Below, piece by piece: positions 1 to 9,446 of a stretch of 64,000 nucleotides of DNA. The notes under the pieces were generated by a model. That model did not search any database. It saw nothing but the letters and a program-made list of their open reading frames with translations, and was not told where the DNA came from. Position numbers and translations under genes: made by a program. Where the stretch lies: the NCBI GenBank assembly GCA_003574895.1, contig PJFB01000006.1, forward strand, positions 127,212 to 191,211, read 5' to 3'. How positions within the stretch are numbered: position 1 is the stretch's first letter; each line of letters starts with the position of its first letter. The DNA is from Geobacter sp. Lineage in GTDB: Bacteria; Desulfobacterota; Desulfuromonadia; Geobacterales; Pseudopelobacteraceae.

Positions 1-11
1 CACAAAACACC

Positions 12-788
12 ATGAGCGACCGAATCCAAGTCCACGTGCCGTATCAGCGCCTTGCCATCTATCTGGAGCACCTGAAAACCAGGCGGCTCAACCCCGAGGT
101 ATTCTTTTCGGCCGGGGCCCTGGACGGCATCAGCCGTGAGGAGCTGGCAAGCCAGTCGGGGGAACTCCATGACGCCGGTCTGATAACCACTATCCACGCC
201 CCATTCATGGATCTTAATCCCGGCGCCCTGGACGCCTCCATTCGCGAGGTTACCAAACAACGCTTCCAACAGGTTTTCATGGCCGCAGAACTTCTTAAAC
301 CGCGGGTGATAGTTTTTCACCCCGGCTACGATGAACTGCGCTATGGCGACAACCGCCTGGCCTGGCTGGAAAACAGCATCTCGTTCTGGCGCGAGATGCT
401 CCCAATAGCCAAAGACCTGGGCTGCACCATTGCCATTGAGAACATCTTTGAGAAAGAGCCTTCCACCCTGCGGGATCTGCTGGAGGAGGTCAATGACCCG
501 GCGTTCCGCCACTGCTTCGATGTGGGGCACTGGAACATGTTTACAACCGTGACCATGGAAGAGTGGTTTACAGAGCTGGGCCCCTTCATAGCCGAGTGCC
601 ATATCCACGACAACCATGGCCAGATCGATGAACATCTGCCGCTGGGTGAAGGTGAGATCGATTTCGACCAGCTTTTCGAGTTGCTCAAGCGCTACTCCCC
701 CAACTCGGTCTGGACCATCGAGGCCCACTCGAAAGAACGGCTGGAGCGGGCACTGAAAAACATCGGGAAATATCTAGCCACACCCTGA
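12..788 (+). CDS. Sugar phosphate isomerase/epimerase (xylose-isomerase-like TIM barrel) family protein
   Basis: 258-aa ORF with ATG at 12. Has the His/Glu/Asp-rich (HxH...E...D) pattern typical of the AP-endonuclease-2/xylose-isomerase-like fold. Codon usage matches the host. Confidence 0.6.
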   Translation: MSDRIQVHVPYQRLAIYLEHLKTRRLNPEVFFSAGALDGISREELASQSGELHDAGLITTIHAPFMDLNPGALDASIREVTKQRFQQVFMAAELLKPRVIVFHPGYDELRYGDNRLAWLENSISFWREMLPIAKDLGCTIAIENIFEKEPSTLRDLLEEVNDPAFRHCFDVGHWNMFTTVTMEEWFTELGPFIAECHIHDNHGQIDEHLPLGEGEIDFDQLFELLKRYSPNSVWTIEAHSKERLERALKNIGKYLATP

Positions 789-862
789 CCCTCGCCTTCA
801 AGGGTGGGACAAGGTGGAGCAGGTCATTGTCGGAAACATATCCCTTTTGCAAAGGAAACCCT

Positions 863-1849
863 ATGTCAGAAACAATCCTGGTCATCGGCGGCTGCGGTTA
901 TATTGGCAGCCATGTCACACGGCAACTTTCTGAATCAGGCCGCAAGGTCGTGGTTTACGACAACCTGTCCACCGGCTTCCGCGACGCACTCATTAATGGT
1001 GAAGAACTGATCCATGCCGATCTGTCCGACCGTGATTCGCTCTCCGCAGCCTTCCGGCAATACGGCTTCACCACGGTCCTCCACTTTGCCGCCTCCATCG
1101 TGGCCCCGGAGTCGGTGTCGCTGCCCTTGAAATACTACGGCAACAACACCCGCAATACCTTGGGCCTATTGGAAACCTGCGTTCAGTACGGGGTCAAACG
1201 CTTCATCTTCTCCAGCACCGCCGCCGTGTACGGCTTTCCCGATGGTGGCACGGCCTCAGAGGAGAGCCCCCTGGCGCCCATCAACCCCTACGGCACCTCC
1301 AAACTGATGAGCGAATGGATGCTGCGGGACACCTCGGCTGCCCACGGCATGCAGTACGTTGCCCTGCGCTATTTCAACGTGGCCGGCGCCGATCCCCTGG
1401 CCCGCATTGGGCAGCGCACCCCGGAAGCGACCCACCTGATCAAGGTGGCCTGCCAGGCGGCCCTGGGGATGCGCGACAGCATCGCCATCTACGGCACCGA
1501 CTACCCCACGCCGGACGGCACCGGCATTCGGGATTACATCCATATCGAGGACCTTGCCGCCGCCCACCTGAGCGCCCTGGCCTATCTGGAGGGGGGCGGC
1601 ACGCCGACGGCCATGAATGTGGGCTATGGTCGCGGCAGCAGCGTGCGTGAGGTGCTGGAGGTGGTAAAGAAGGTCAGCGGCGTGGACTTCAGGGTGGTCG
1701 AAACCGACCGGCGGCCGGGAGATCCCGCCTCCCTGGTGGCCCGGGCCGAAAAGATCGCCCGCCTCACCGGCTGGCAGCCGAAGCACGCCGATCTGCGCAC
1801 CATCGTGGCCGATGCCTGGCGCTGGGAAAGCAAGCTGGCAGGGAAATAA
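863..1849 (+). CDS. galE: UDP-glucose 4-epimerase
   Basis: N-terminal Rossmann motif ILVIGGCGYIGSH, the YGxxK catalytic motif (YGTSK) and overall length are typical of GalE. The internal ATG at 863 is preceded by AAAGGAAACC and is preferred over the ORF start at 827. Confidence 0.85.
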   Translation: MSETILVIGGCGYIGSHVTRQLSESGRKVVVYDNLSTGFRDALINGEELIHADLSDRDSLSAAFRQYGFTTVLHFAASIVAPESVSLPLKYYGNNTRNTLGLLETCVQYGVKRFIFSSTAAVYGFPDGGTASEESPLAPINPYGTSKLMSEWMLRDTSAAHGMQYVALRYFNVAGADPLARIGQRTPEATHLIKVACQAALGMRDSIAIYGTDYPTPDGTGIRDYIHIEDLAAAHLSALAYLEGGGTPTAMNVGYGRGSSVREVLEVVKKVSGVDFRVVETDRRPGDPASLVARAEKIARLTGWQPKHADLRTIVADAWRWESKLAGK

Positions 1850-1902
1850 GATAAACAGGCCCAAACGTCGCACGCGCTTGCGACTGTTGGCATACGTATG
1901 GC

Positions 1903-1937
1903 CCCGGGTTCCGAACGGAACCCGGGGTTTTTGCGTT
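1903..1937 (+). terminator. Rho-independent terminator after galE
   Basis: Hairpin CCCCGGGTTCC-GAAC-GGAACCCGGGG followed by TTTTTG. Confidence 0.6.
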
Positions 1938-2118
1938 CTTGGCGTGACAAGCATCTCGCTGCAATGGCGACGAATTATTGAACATTAACAAACCAGCATA
2001 AATTCAATAAAGATACTCATCTTGCCGACCGTTCAATTTCATACAAAACAAGTAGACATTTTGCTCCCTGATTTATTAATATGTTAGATAGTAACTTTGA
2101 TCCGGGAGAAACATTCCA

Positions 2119-3471
2119 GTGGGTAAAAAACCGGCGTTTATCGCTTCGCTCTCCATTGCTGCGGCATGCCTGGCAATGGGGCTGCTGCACGTCATCGGCA
2201 CTCCTGCTGTCGCAGCTACCGGCAGCACCAACGATACCAAGGAATCATGCATAACCGGCACATGCCACGCGACCATGGGGAAGGAGAAGTTCGTCCATGG
2301 CCCGGTCGCGGTGGGCCAGTGCGAGGTCTGCCACGAGGCAACGGGCAAACATGCCTTCAAGCCCATAACCGATATCGGCGAGCTCTGTTACCGGTGCCAT
2401 CAACGGATTGACGTGCGCCAGGTGGTGCATCGCCCGGTGAAAGAGGGGAAATGCACCAACTGCCATGACCCCCACCAGTCGCCCAACAAATATCAGCTGC
2501 GTGCCGCCGGCGAGCAGCTCTGTTTCCGCTGCCACAACAAGGAAACCTTCAATCGCAAATTCATCCACGGCCCGGTTGCCGTCGGCGACTGCGGCAGCTG
2601 CCATGTCGCCCACCAGGGCGATTTCCCGAAACTCCTCATGGCCCAGGGGAACAGCGTCTGCTTCAACTGCCATACCGACAAGGCCGAAGCCTTCAAGAAC
2701 AAGAAGTTCATCCACAAACCGGTAAGCGAATCCTGCGTGTCGTGCCACAACCCCCACAGCGGTGACTATCAATACAATCTGCAGTACGACGGCAGAGAGG
2801 AACTCTGCTTCAGTTGCCACAACGAGAAGCAAAAGGAGATCAGCGAAGCCACCGTCAAGCACAAGGCACTCGACACGGAGCGGAAATGCCTGGCCTGCCA
2901 CGATCCCCATGTATCTGACCATCCCAAACAGCTGATCAAGGAACCGGCGGATCTCTGCCTCGGCTGCCATGATCGTGAATACAAGTCGCCCACCGGCACG
3001 GTGGCAAACATGAAGGAACTCCTGGCAAACAACAAGGACCACCACGGGCCGGTTAAGGATCATGACTGTTCGAGCTGCCATAACAGCCATGGCTCAAAAT
3101 ACTTCAGGATGCTGCGGGAGAACTTCCCGCCCCTCTTCTATGCCGGCTACAATGAGGACAATTACAAACTCTGCTTCATGTGCCACGAAAACTCACTGGC
3201 CCGGGAAAAGACGACCACTACCTTGACTAATTTCCGGAACGGGGACCAGAACCTGCACTACGTCCATGTGAACAAGGCGGTCAAGGGGCGCACCTGCAGG
3301 GCCTGCCATGACGCCCATGCAACCAACAATCCCCGCCACATCCGCGATGCGGTCCCCTTTGGCGGATGGAAGCTGCCGGTGGGCTTCACCAAGACCGCCA
3401 CGGGCGGGCAGTGTCTGCCCGGATGCCACAAACTGCTCCGTTACGACCGGATCAACCCTGTCAAGAATTGA
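2119..3471 (+). CDS. Multiheme c-type cytochrome (~15 heme-binding sites, paired-CXXCH architecture), signal peptide or possible lipoprotein
   Basis: Contains 13 CXXCH motifs plus one CX4CH (CITGTCH) and one CX3CH (CLPGCH). Recurrent KFIHGPVAVGxCxxCH blocks resemble doubled-CXXCH domains of Geobacter/Shewanella cytochromes. N-terminal hydrophobic segment ends in SIAAAC. GTG start follows GGGAGA. Confidence 0.85.
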   Translation: MGKKPAFIASLSIAAACLAMGLLHVIGTPAVAATGSTNDTKESCITGTCHATMGKEKFVHGPVAVGQCEVCHEATGKHAFKPITDIGELCYRCHQRIDVRQVVHRPVKEGKCTNCHDPHQSPNKYQLRAAGEQLCFRCHNKETFNRKFIHGPVAVGDCGSCHVAHQGDFPKLLMAQGNSVCFNCHTDKAEAFKNKKFIHKPVSESCVSCHNPHSGDYQYNLQYDGREELCFSCHNEKQKEISEATVKHKALDTERKCLACHDPHVSDHPKQLIKEPADLCLGCHDREYKSPTGTVANMKELLANNKDHHGPVKDHDCSSCHNSHGSKYFRMLRENFPPLFYAGYNEDNYKLCFMCHENSLAREKTTTTLTNFRNGDQNLHYVHVNKAVKGRTCRACHDAHATNNPRHIRDAVPFGGWKLPVGFTKTATGGQCLPGCHKLLRYDRINPVKN

Positions 3472-3472
3472 C

Positions 3473-4003
3473 ATGAACATGACACCGATCCTTCTCCAAC
3501 GCGCCGCCCTGGTTGCCATCCTCTTCGCTGCGACCGCCTTCCTGCCGCCGTTCACCGTTTCGGCCCGGGAGGTGATGGTGGGAACCGGCACCGCCGGGGC
3601 GGTTGTCCCGGCGAGCGCCAATCCCGATGACGAGATTGCCAGCCTCAAACACGAGCTCGCCGCCCATCACGGTACACTGTCCGACCATACCAGGCTCGGT
3701 TTTCTGCTTCTCGAAAAAGGCGCCCCGGATGAGGCCATGGCCTCATTTGACGAGGCATTGGCACAGAGTCCCCGCAATCCCGAGGCGTTGACAGGCAAAG
3801 GCATTGTCCTGGCCCGGAAGGGTGACCTCCCCCAGGCCGAACGGGTATTGCGGGACGCGCTTTTCCTGAACCCCGCCCCGGCCAGAACCCACTACGAACT
3901 GGGACTGGTCTATGAAAAACAGGGTAATACCGCAGCGGCCATCAAGGAGTATAAAAACGGGATCAACACGTCTCAGCAGGGTAAAATGAGGGGGCTGCCA
4001 TGA
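3473..4003 (+). CDS. TPR-repeat protein with signal peptide
   Basis: ATG lies immediately after the cytochrome stop, in frame with ORF 3308..4003. Hydrophobic N-terminus, and TPR-like helices (LGLVYEKQGNTAAAIKEYK). Confidence 0.6.
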   Translation: MNMTPILLQRAALVAILFAATAFLPPFTVSAREVMVGTGTAGAVVPASANPDDEIASLKHELAAHHGTLSDHTRLGFLLLEKGAPDEAMASFDEALAQSPRNPEALTGKGIVLARKGDLPQAERVLRDALFLNPAPARTHYELGLVYEKQGNTAAAIKEYKNGINTSQQGKMRGLP

Positions 4004-5109
4004 CCGTCAGTGCTCGGAGATTCCTGGCAACGATGCTGCTTGCAGTGACATGGGCGGTCTTTATGTGCCCCCCTGCCAATGCGACCCTGCAGGGGCTTCA
4101 GGTCGGCATGGAAGCGCCCGACTTCTCACTGAGGACCATCACCGGCGACACCGCCACCTTCGGGCAGTTGAAAGGGAGCACGCTGACGGCTGTGGTTTTC
4201 TGGTCATCATGGAGCAAAAAATCCGCAACCCTGCTCGCCAGGCTGCAGAAGCTCCACGAACAGTACCGGTACAAGGGTTTTTCGGTCATTGCCATCAATG
4301 CCGATGACCAGGTGATGTCGCCGCAGACCGTTGCAGAGGTGCGGAAGATAACGGCCCAGCTCAAGCTGGACTACCCGGTCGTCCTTGACAGCGGTCTGAG
4401 CACATTCCATGACTTCGGGGTCATCGCCCTCCCGTCAACACTGCTGTTGGACAAAGAGCGGGTCATCCGTTACGAACTTACGGGGTATCCCCTCGAAGGG
4501 GCGGAGGAGATGGCGGAATTCATCACCGCTACCCTGGACGGGAAAAAACGGGCTACCCCCGAACGGACAGGCTATCAGCCCAATACAAACGCCATCCGCC
4601 TCTTCAACATGGCCAAGAGTTCCATGAAATCGAACCGCATGCCGGGTGCTGCCGAAATGTGGTTCAAAAAGGCCATCGAGGCGGACCCCGGCTTCACCCT
4701 CCCGTACCTGGGCCTTGCCGATCTGTACCGCCGCAGGGGGGACAACAGCCTGGCCCAGGGAGTCTACGACAAGGTCCTTGCCAAAGAACCTGCCAACGTG
4801 GTCGGGTTATGCGAAGAGGGGTTGATCCTGGTGCGGGGAGGCAAGGCGGACAAGGGGCGGGCGCTGCTGGAGAAGGCCCTGGCCAGTAAGGGGATCTACC
4901 CGCCGTGCTACTACTATGCCGGGTATGCCTTCGGGACCCATGGCGATGCGGGCAAGGCCCAGCAGCTGTTCGACGAGGCTTCGCGGCTGACCCCCACCGA
5001 CTATGCCATCCAGGTCTACAAGGCCAGGATGTACGAAGAAACCGGCAAAGGGCGGGAAGCGGCCGCTGCCTACAGAAAGGCCCTGGAAATCATTCTGGGG
5101 TTCAAGTAA
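4000..5109 (+). CDS. TlpA/ResA-like thioredoxin-fold protein fused to TPR repeats, with the CxxC active site replaced by SxxS
   Basis: Signal peptide, then a TlpA-like block: APDFSL...VVFWSSWSKKS...AINADD. The canonical FWASWCxPC is replaced by FWSSWSKKS. C-terminal TPR repeats. Start overlaps the upstream stop by ATGA. Confidence 0.65.
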   Translation: MTVSARRFLATMLLAVTWAVFMCPPANATLQGLQVGMEAPDFSLRTITGDTATFGQLKGSTLTAVVFWSSWSKKSATLLARLQKLHEQYRYKGFSVIAINADDQVMSPQTVAEVRKITAQLKLDYPVVLDSGLSTFHDFGVIALPSTLLLDKERVIRYELTGYPLEGAEEMAEFITATLDGKKRATPERTGYQPNTNAIRLFNMAKSSMKSNRMPGAAEMWFKKAIEADPGFTLPYLGLADLYRRRGDNSLAQGVYDKVLAKEPANVVGLCEEGLILVRGGKADKGRALLEKALASKGIYPPCYYYAGYAFGTHGDAGKAQQLFDEASRLTPTDYAIQVYKARMYEETGKGREAAAAYRKALEIILGFK

Positions 5110-5121
5110 CGCGGGAATATC

Positions 5122-6132
5122 ATGCGGACAGCAGTCCTGTTGCCATTTCTGGCCATCTTGGCCCTGCTCACCATGCTCCCCACCGCCGGCGCAGCGGACG
5201 ACCCGTTGACGGTGCTGGCGCCGCGGGACAAGTCCGTGCTGCAGAGCCGGGTGGTCAATATCATCGTACAAGTGGACACCGCTGCCGCCGATGGCCTGCA
5301 GGTCAAGATCAACGGCAGAAGGCAGGTTCTGCCCCGGAAGCAGCTCGGTGGGGGACACATCTGTTATATCGACGGCTTGGAGCTTTCCCCGGGCATCAAC
5401 AGGATCAAGGTCATTGCCGTTAAAAACGGCGCTGCGACCGGGACCAGGGAGCTTACCCTGTTCCTCCGGTCCGATCTCTCCCCCGACGGGCAAACGGCGC
5501 CGGACGGTTTCACCGCCTACGCCTTCCATGGCGCGGGCAACGACAGGGCCTGCACCCCCTGCCATCGGATCGACGATGCGACGACAGAGCAAAACCTGGC
5601 AGCCCCGGAAAAATCGCCCTGCTATCTCTGCCACAGGAAGCTCATGGCATCCAGCGTGTACCTTCACGGCCCCGCTTCGGCCTGGTCCTGTACCTCCTGC
5701 CACCGCTTCCGGCAGGGCACCCGCGGTGCCAGCAACCTGGAAGCCGACAGCCAGGTCTGCGCCAACTGCCATGGCGACTCCCAGGACCTCTGGAAGTCCA
5801 TGAAAAACATGCACGGCCCCACGGCAGCCGGCGAGTGCACCACCTGCCACGATCCCCATGCGTCGGACCACAAATACATTCTGCGCAAACAGACGGTGGA
5901 TCTGTGCCTTACCTGCCACGATGAGATTGCATCCAAACCCCATGTGGTTTCCGGCTTCTCGGGAAAAGGGCATCCCCTGCGGCTCAGCTCCGACCCCCTC
6001 AGACCGGGTCAGGAGTTTACCTGCGCCTCCTGCCATAACCCCCATGCCAGCAATGCACCGTTTCTCCTGATTGCCGGCAAGGGGTCCAGCGACAACTTCT
6101 TCGAATTCTGCAAGTCATGCCATAATTTTTAG
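5122..6132 (+). CDS. Octaheme c-type cytochrome with ~100-aa non-heme N-terminal domain
   Basis: Signal peptide. Eight CXXCH motifs: CTPCH, CYLCH, CTSCH, CANCH, CTTCH, CLTCH, CASCH, CKSCH. Confidence 0.8.
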   Translation: MRTAVLLPFLAILALLTMLPTAGAADDPLTVLAPRDKSVLQSRVVNIIVQVDTAAADGLQVKINGRRQVLPRKQLGGGHICYIDGLELSPGINRIKVIAVKNGAATGTRELTLFLRSDLSPDGQTAPDGFTAYAFHGAGNDRACTPCHRIDDATTEQNLAAPEKSPCYLCHRKLMASSVYLHGPASAWSCTSCHRFRQGTRGASNLEADSQVCANCHGDSQDLWKSMKNMHGPTAAGECTTCHDPHASDHKYILRKQTVDLCLTCHDEIASKPHVVSGFSGKGHPLRLSSDPLRPGQEFTCASCHNPHASNAPFLLIAGKGSSDNFFEFCKSCHNF

Positions 6133-6139
6133 TAAGTTA

Positions 6140-6178
6140 GAAGATATTTTCTGCGCTTTTCTGGCAGAAAATATCTTC
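6140..6178 (+). terminator. Perfect 15-bp-stem hairpin after the cytochrome gene (terminator or stabiliser; no clear U-tract)
   Basis: GAAGATATTTTCTGC-gcttttctg-GCAGAAAATATCTTC. Confidence 0.4.
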
Positions 6179-6499
6179 GTTAACGCACTTATCCTGTTTA
6201 TCAGGGCTAGGGAATGGCGGCATTGCTGCCATGCCGGAGCCGCGGTACGCGACCGGTGCGAGGGTATTCACGCTGCCAGCGGGCCGGCAAGAGGTAGTCA
6301 GGGTGGGGTTGATGGGGGCTGCAAGGAGTTACTGTGTGTGGCCTTGCCTTACTGGAGGTGTTGCTGCAGGTGATGGGGCAACCGTGCCGTGCAGTCGCCG
6401 GAATTTTTCGATCTGCTCATCAAGCTCGTCGAAACCGCGAAAAAACAGCACCTTGAACAACCGGCCCGGACATATGTTCTTCATGGTCGGCCCGCTTTC

Positions 6500-6682
6500 T
6501 CAGTGCCAACCGGCCGGCGTTGCTTCCCCTGCAGACGCAACCGTCATGTGGGACAGCGGCATGGGCCGATGGCAAGCGCCGCAGGAAGGGCCTTCCTGAA
6601 GCCCGGCCCAAAGCACGAGGTTTTCCGTGTCGCACCAGTCACAGCACCAGAAATAGTAATCTTCGTTTAATCGTCTTTTCAT
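6500..6682 (-). CDS. Small (60 aa) putative zinc-ribbon protein
   Basis: Strong SD: AGAGGAGG sits 9 nt upstream of the ATG. Cysteine pattern CCDWC...x17...CGACH resembles a CxxC-Xn-CxxC Zn ribbon. Overlaps a weaker plus-strand ORF. Confidence 0.35.
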   Translation of the reverse strand: MKRRLNEDYYFWCCDWCDTENLVLWAGLQEGPSCGACHRPMPLSHMTVASAGEATPAGWH

Positions 6683-6895
6683 ATCTCCAAACCTCCTCTA
6701 TCTTTTGACTCTACCCTACCTTCCGATTATTACAGCCGTTTGTCAGGCAGTATAATTGTATGTGAAAATCCGTTGTTGGCGAAAACAACAAACATGTTAT
6801 GCGACTGCAACACAACCGTAACAAAGATATGTTACAAAACAGAAAAATATACTATCGTGGAGTTCTGAATCCCATGATGTACCAGGGGGATACCG

Positions 6896-7579
6896 ATGAA
6901 GAAGATCCTTGTGATCGAGGACGAAAAGGACCTGGCCGAACTGCTGGTCTTCAATCTGGAAAAGGAAGGTTTCAAGCTGCTCTGTTCCTATGATGGAATA
7001 AGCGGCCTGGAAAAGGCGAAGCGCGAGGAACCTGACCTGATCGTGCTTGACCTGATGCTTCCGGGACTGATGGGGACCGAAATCTGCAAGGAACTCCGCA
7101 AGGAACCGCGCACCGCCAAAATCCCCGTATTGATGCTGACTGCCAAGGGCGAGGAAATCGACCGGGTGGTAGGTTTCGAGGTGGGAGCGGACGACTACAT
7201 GGTCAAGCCCTTTTCCATGCGTGAACTGTTGCTGCGCATCCGGGCCATCCTGAAGCGCTGTGACGGCCAGGCCGTGCCCGAGACCGGCCCGATGCTCACC
7301 ATGGGGGAAATCACCATCGACACCGAGCGGCATCTCGTTCTGAGCGCTGGCAAGGAAGTGGACCTCACCACCACCGAGTACAAACTGTTGCTCTACCTGG
7401 TGGAGCGCCGCGGCCGTGTTCTCAGCCGCGAGCTGCTGTTGCAGAACGTCTGGAGCTACAACAACATGGGTGATACCCGCACCGTGGACACCCACATCAC
7501 CCGCTTGCGCGGCAAGCTGGGTTCACCCGGCGACCTGATCAAGACCGTACGCGGTTTCGGCTACAAGATAGAGGAATAA
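6896..7579 (+). CDS. phoB: Phosphate regulon response regulator (OmpR/PhoB family)
   Basis: REC domain: ILVIEDE, phosphoacceptor Asp in LIVLDLMLPG, and KPF. C-terminal winged helix ends GFGYKIEE. Sits directly upstream of phoR and pstSCAB-phoU. Confidence 0.85.
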   Translation: MKKILVIEDEKDLAELLVFNLEKEGFKLLCSYDGISGLEKAKREEPDLIVLDLMLPGLMGTEICKELRKEPRTAKIPVLMLTAKGEEIDRVVGFEVGADDYMVKPFSMRELLLRIRAILKRCDGQAVPETGPMLTMGEITIDTERHLVLSAGKEVDLTTTEYKLLLYLVERRGRVLSRELLLQNVWSYNNMGDTRTVDTHITRLRGKLGSPGDLIKTVRGFGYKIEE

Positions 7580-7582
7580 TCC

Positions 7583-9340
7583 ATGCGCTTTCGCCTCAAA
7601 CTGATGCTCTCCTACCTGCTCTTGATCCTTTTGATCGCAGTGAGCTTCTACTTTTCCATCGACCACATCCTGGAGAACAATCTGGTCGAGGAGAGCCGTG
7701 CCAACCTGATCAGCCAGACCGGGCTTGCCAAACTGCTGGTCGAGCACGAAACCGGTGCCGACCCCCAGAACCTGGCGGAAACGGCCGGCAAGACCGTCCG
7801 GGAAAGGGTCACCTTGATCGCGCCGGACGGACACGTCATCGGAGACTCCGAGGTCGGCGGGGCACACATAGCGGAGATGCAGAACCATCTCGACCGCCCC
7901 GAGGTCCAGGAAGCCCTGAAATCAGGCGTGGGGACCGCCATGCGCTATTCGGAGACCCTGCGGACCGATATGCTCTACGTTGCCATGACCTACGGCAATA
8001 CCAATGCAGATGGATTTGTCCGCCTGGCCCTGCCGCTCTCCTATCTAGACAACGCACGTTCGGCACTGCACCGCCTTCTGGGAGGGGCCACCGCCGTAAC
8101 TCTCCTGGCCGCCCTGCTTTTCAGCTATGTCCTTTCCAACCTGACCTCGCGGCCCTTGCGGGATATGGCCGTTGCAGCGGCCCGCATCGGGCGTGGCGAA
8201 ACCCGCACCAAGATACATGTTTCCTCCCGCGACGAGGTCGGCGAACTGGCCGTGGTGCTGAATGACATGGCAGAACGTATCGAGGGCCAGATGCAGCGCC
8301 TTTCCGCCGAAAAGCAGCAACTTGACACCATACTGGCCGGAATGGGCGAAGGTGTGCTGGTGGCTGCCCAGGACGGCACTATCACCCTGGTGAATCCGGC
8401 CTTCCGCCGACAATTCGGCATCACCGGAACAGTTGAAGGAAAAAACCTGATCGAGATTTCGCGCCATCCGGACCTGCTGGCCGCCTTCAAAGAGCTGATT
8501 GCAACCGGCAATAGCGAATTGGTGTGCGAGATCACCATCCAGCCCGGCAATGCGACCCTGCTCACCCACTGGGCGCCGCTTACGGTCGATGGTGCCAGGC
8601 ATGGCGTGGTGGCGGTCTTTCACGACATCAGCGACATGAAGCAGGTTGAAAACATGCGGCGCGACTTCGTGGCCAACGTCTCCCACGAGTTGCGCACCCC
8701 GGTTTCGGTCATCAAGGGCTACGCCGAGACCCTGCTGGATGGCACGATGGCTGCCGATCCCGGCCGAGCCGTGCGCTTCGTGGAGATCATTCTCAGCCAC
8801 TCGGAACGCCTTTCGACGCTGATCAACGATATCCTCACCCTCTCCACCCTCGAAGCAAAGGACACTGTGCTGGATATTCGCCCCCTCGATGCCTCCGGCA
8901 CCATCGGCAAGGCCTGCATGCTGTTGGAGGAAAACGCGAAACGAAAACAGATCGTCCTGCAAAGCTCGATCGCTCCGGAACTGCCGCGGGTCATGGCCGA
9001 CCAGGGCAGACTGGAGCAGGTCCTGGTGAACCTGCTGGACAATGCCATAAAATATACCCCCGCCCATGGCACGGTAACGATCTCGGCCGGCATGAACGAG
9101 GCCGACGGCATGGTGCGAATTTCCGTGGCAGATACGGGCATGGGCATCCCCATGAAGGATATGCCGCGCATCTTCGAGCGTTTCTACCGTGTGGACGGGG
9201 CTCGCAGCCGCGAACAGGGAGGCACCGGCCTGGGCCTGGCAATCGTCAAGCACATCGTCCAGCTCCACGGCGGCGAGGTAGCTGTTACCAGCACGCCGGG
9301 CCAAGGTTCCGTATTCTCCTTTACGCTCAAGATTGCCTGA
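7583..9340 (+). CDS. phoR: Phosphate regulon sensor histidine kinase
   Basis: TM helix, HAMP, PAS, H-box (SHELRTP), N/G boxes (NLLDNAIKYT, GTGLGLAIVK). Paired with phoB. Confidence 0.85.
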   Translation: MRFRLKLMLSYLLLILLIAVSFYFSIDHILENNLVEESRANLISQTGLAKLLVEHETGADPQNLAETAGKTVRERVTLIAPDGHVIGDSEVGGAHIAEMQNHLDRPEVQEALKSGVGTAMRYSETLRTDMLYVAMTYGNTNADGFVRLALPLSYLDNARSALHRLLGGATAVTLLAALLFSYVLSNLTSRPLRDMAVAAARIGRGETRTKIHVSSRDEVGELAVVLNDMAERIEGQMQRLSAEKQQLDTILAGMGEGVLVAAQDGTITLVNPAFRRQFGITGTVEGKNLIEISRHPDLLAAFKELIATGNSELVCEITIQPGNATLLTHWAPLTVDGARHGVVAVFHDISDMKQVENMRRDFVANVSHELRTPVSVIKGYAETLLDGTMAADPGRAVRFVEIILSHSERLSTLINDILTLSTLEAKDTVLDIRPLDASGTIGKACMLLEENAKRKQIVLQSSIAPELPRVMADQGRLEQVLVNLLDNAIKYTPAHGTVTISAGMNEADGMVRISVADTGMGIPMKDMPRIFERFYRVDGARSREQGGTGLGLAIVKHIVQLHGGEVAVTSTPGQGSVFSFTLKIA

Positions 9341-9446
9341 CGCTTGTAACCTGAATTTTCAAGCTGTTTACCCACCCGTAACACAGCCGCAACAATCCCC
9401 TGGTATAGTTGTTTCAATGTTCACACAACAACCAAGGAGGATTCAG

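Noticed and set aside
2245-3090. 281-aa minus-strand ORF inside the 15-heme cytochrome gene
   Set aside because: Antisense artefact. The plus strand encodes regularly spaced CXXCH motifs.
4807-6045. 412-aa minus-strand ORF antisense to the TlpA-TPR and octaheme cytochrome genes
   Set aside because: It is rich in Gly, Ala, Arg and Pro, which is typical of antisense frames in high-GC coding DNA, and has no motif. The sense-strand genes have clear domains and signal peptides.
6389-6670. 93-aa plus-strand ORF overlapping the small zinc-ribbon ORF
   Set aside because: GTG start with no convincing SD. The overlapping minus-strand ORF has a near-consensus SD, so only one is likely real, and the minus one is favoured weakly.
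6700-6895. E. coli-type Pho box (CTGTCAT direct repeats) upstream of phoB
   Set aside because: Only a partial TTGTCA half-site was found. No tandem 7-bp direct repeats with 4-bp AT spacer could be confirmed by eye.
8045-9304. 419-aa minus-strand ORF antisense to phoR
   Set aside because: No domains. phoR on the plus strand has unambiguous kinase motifs.
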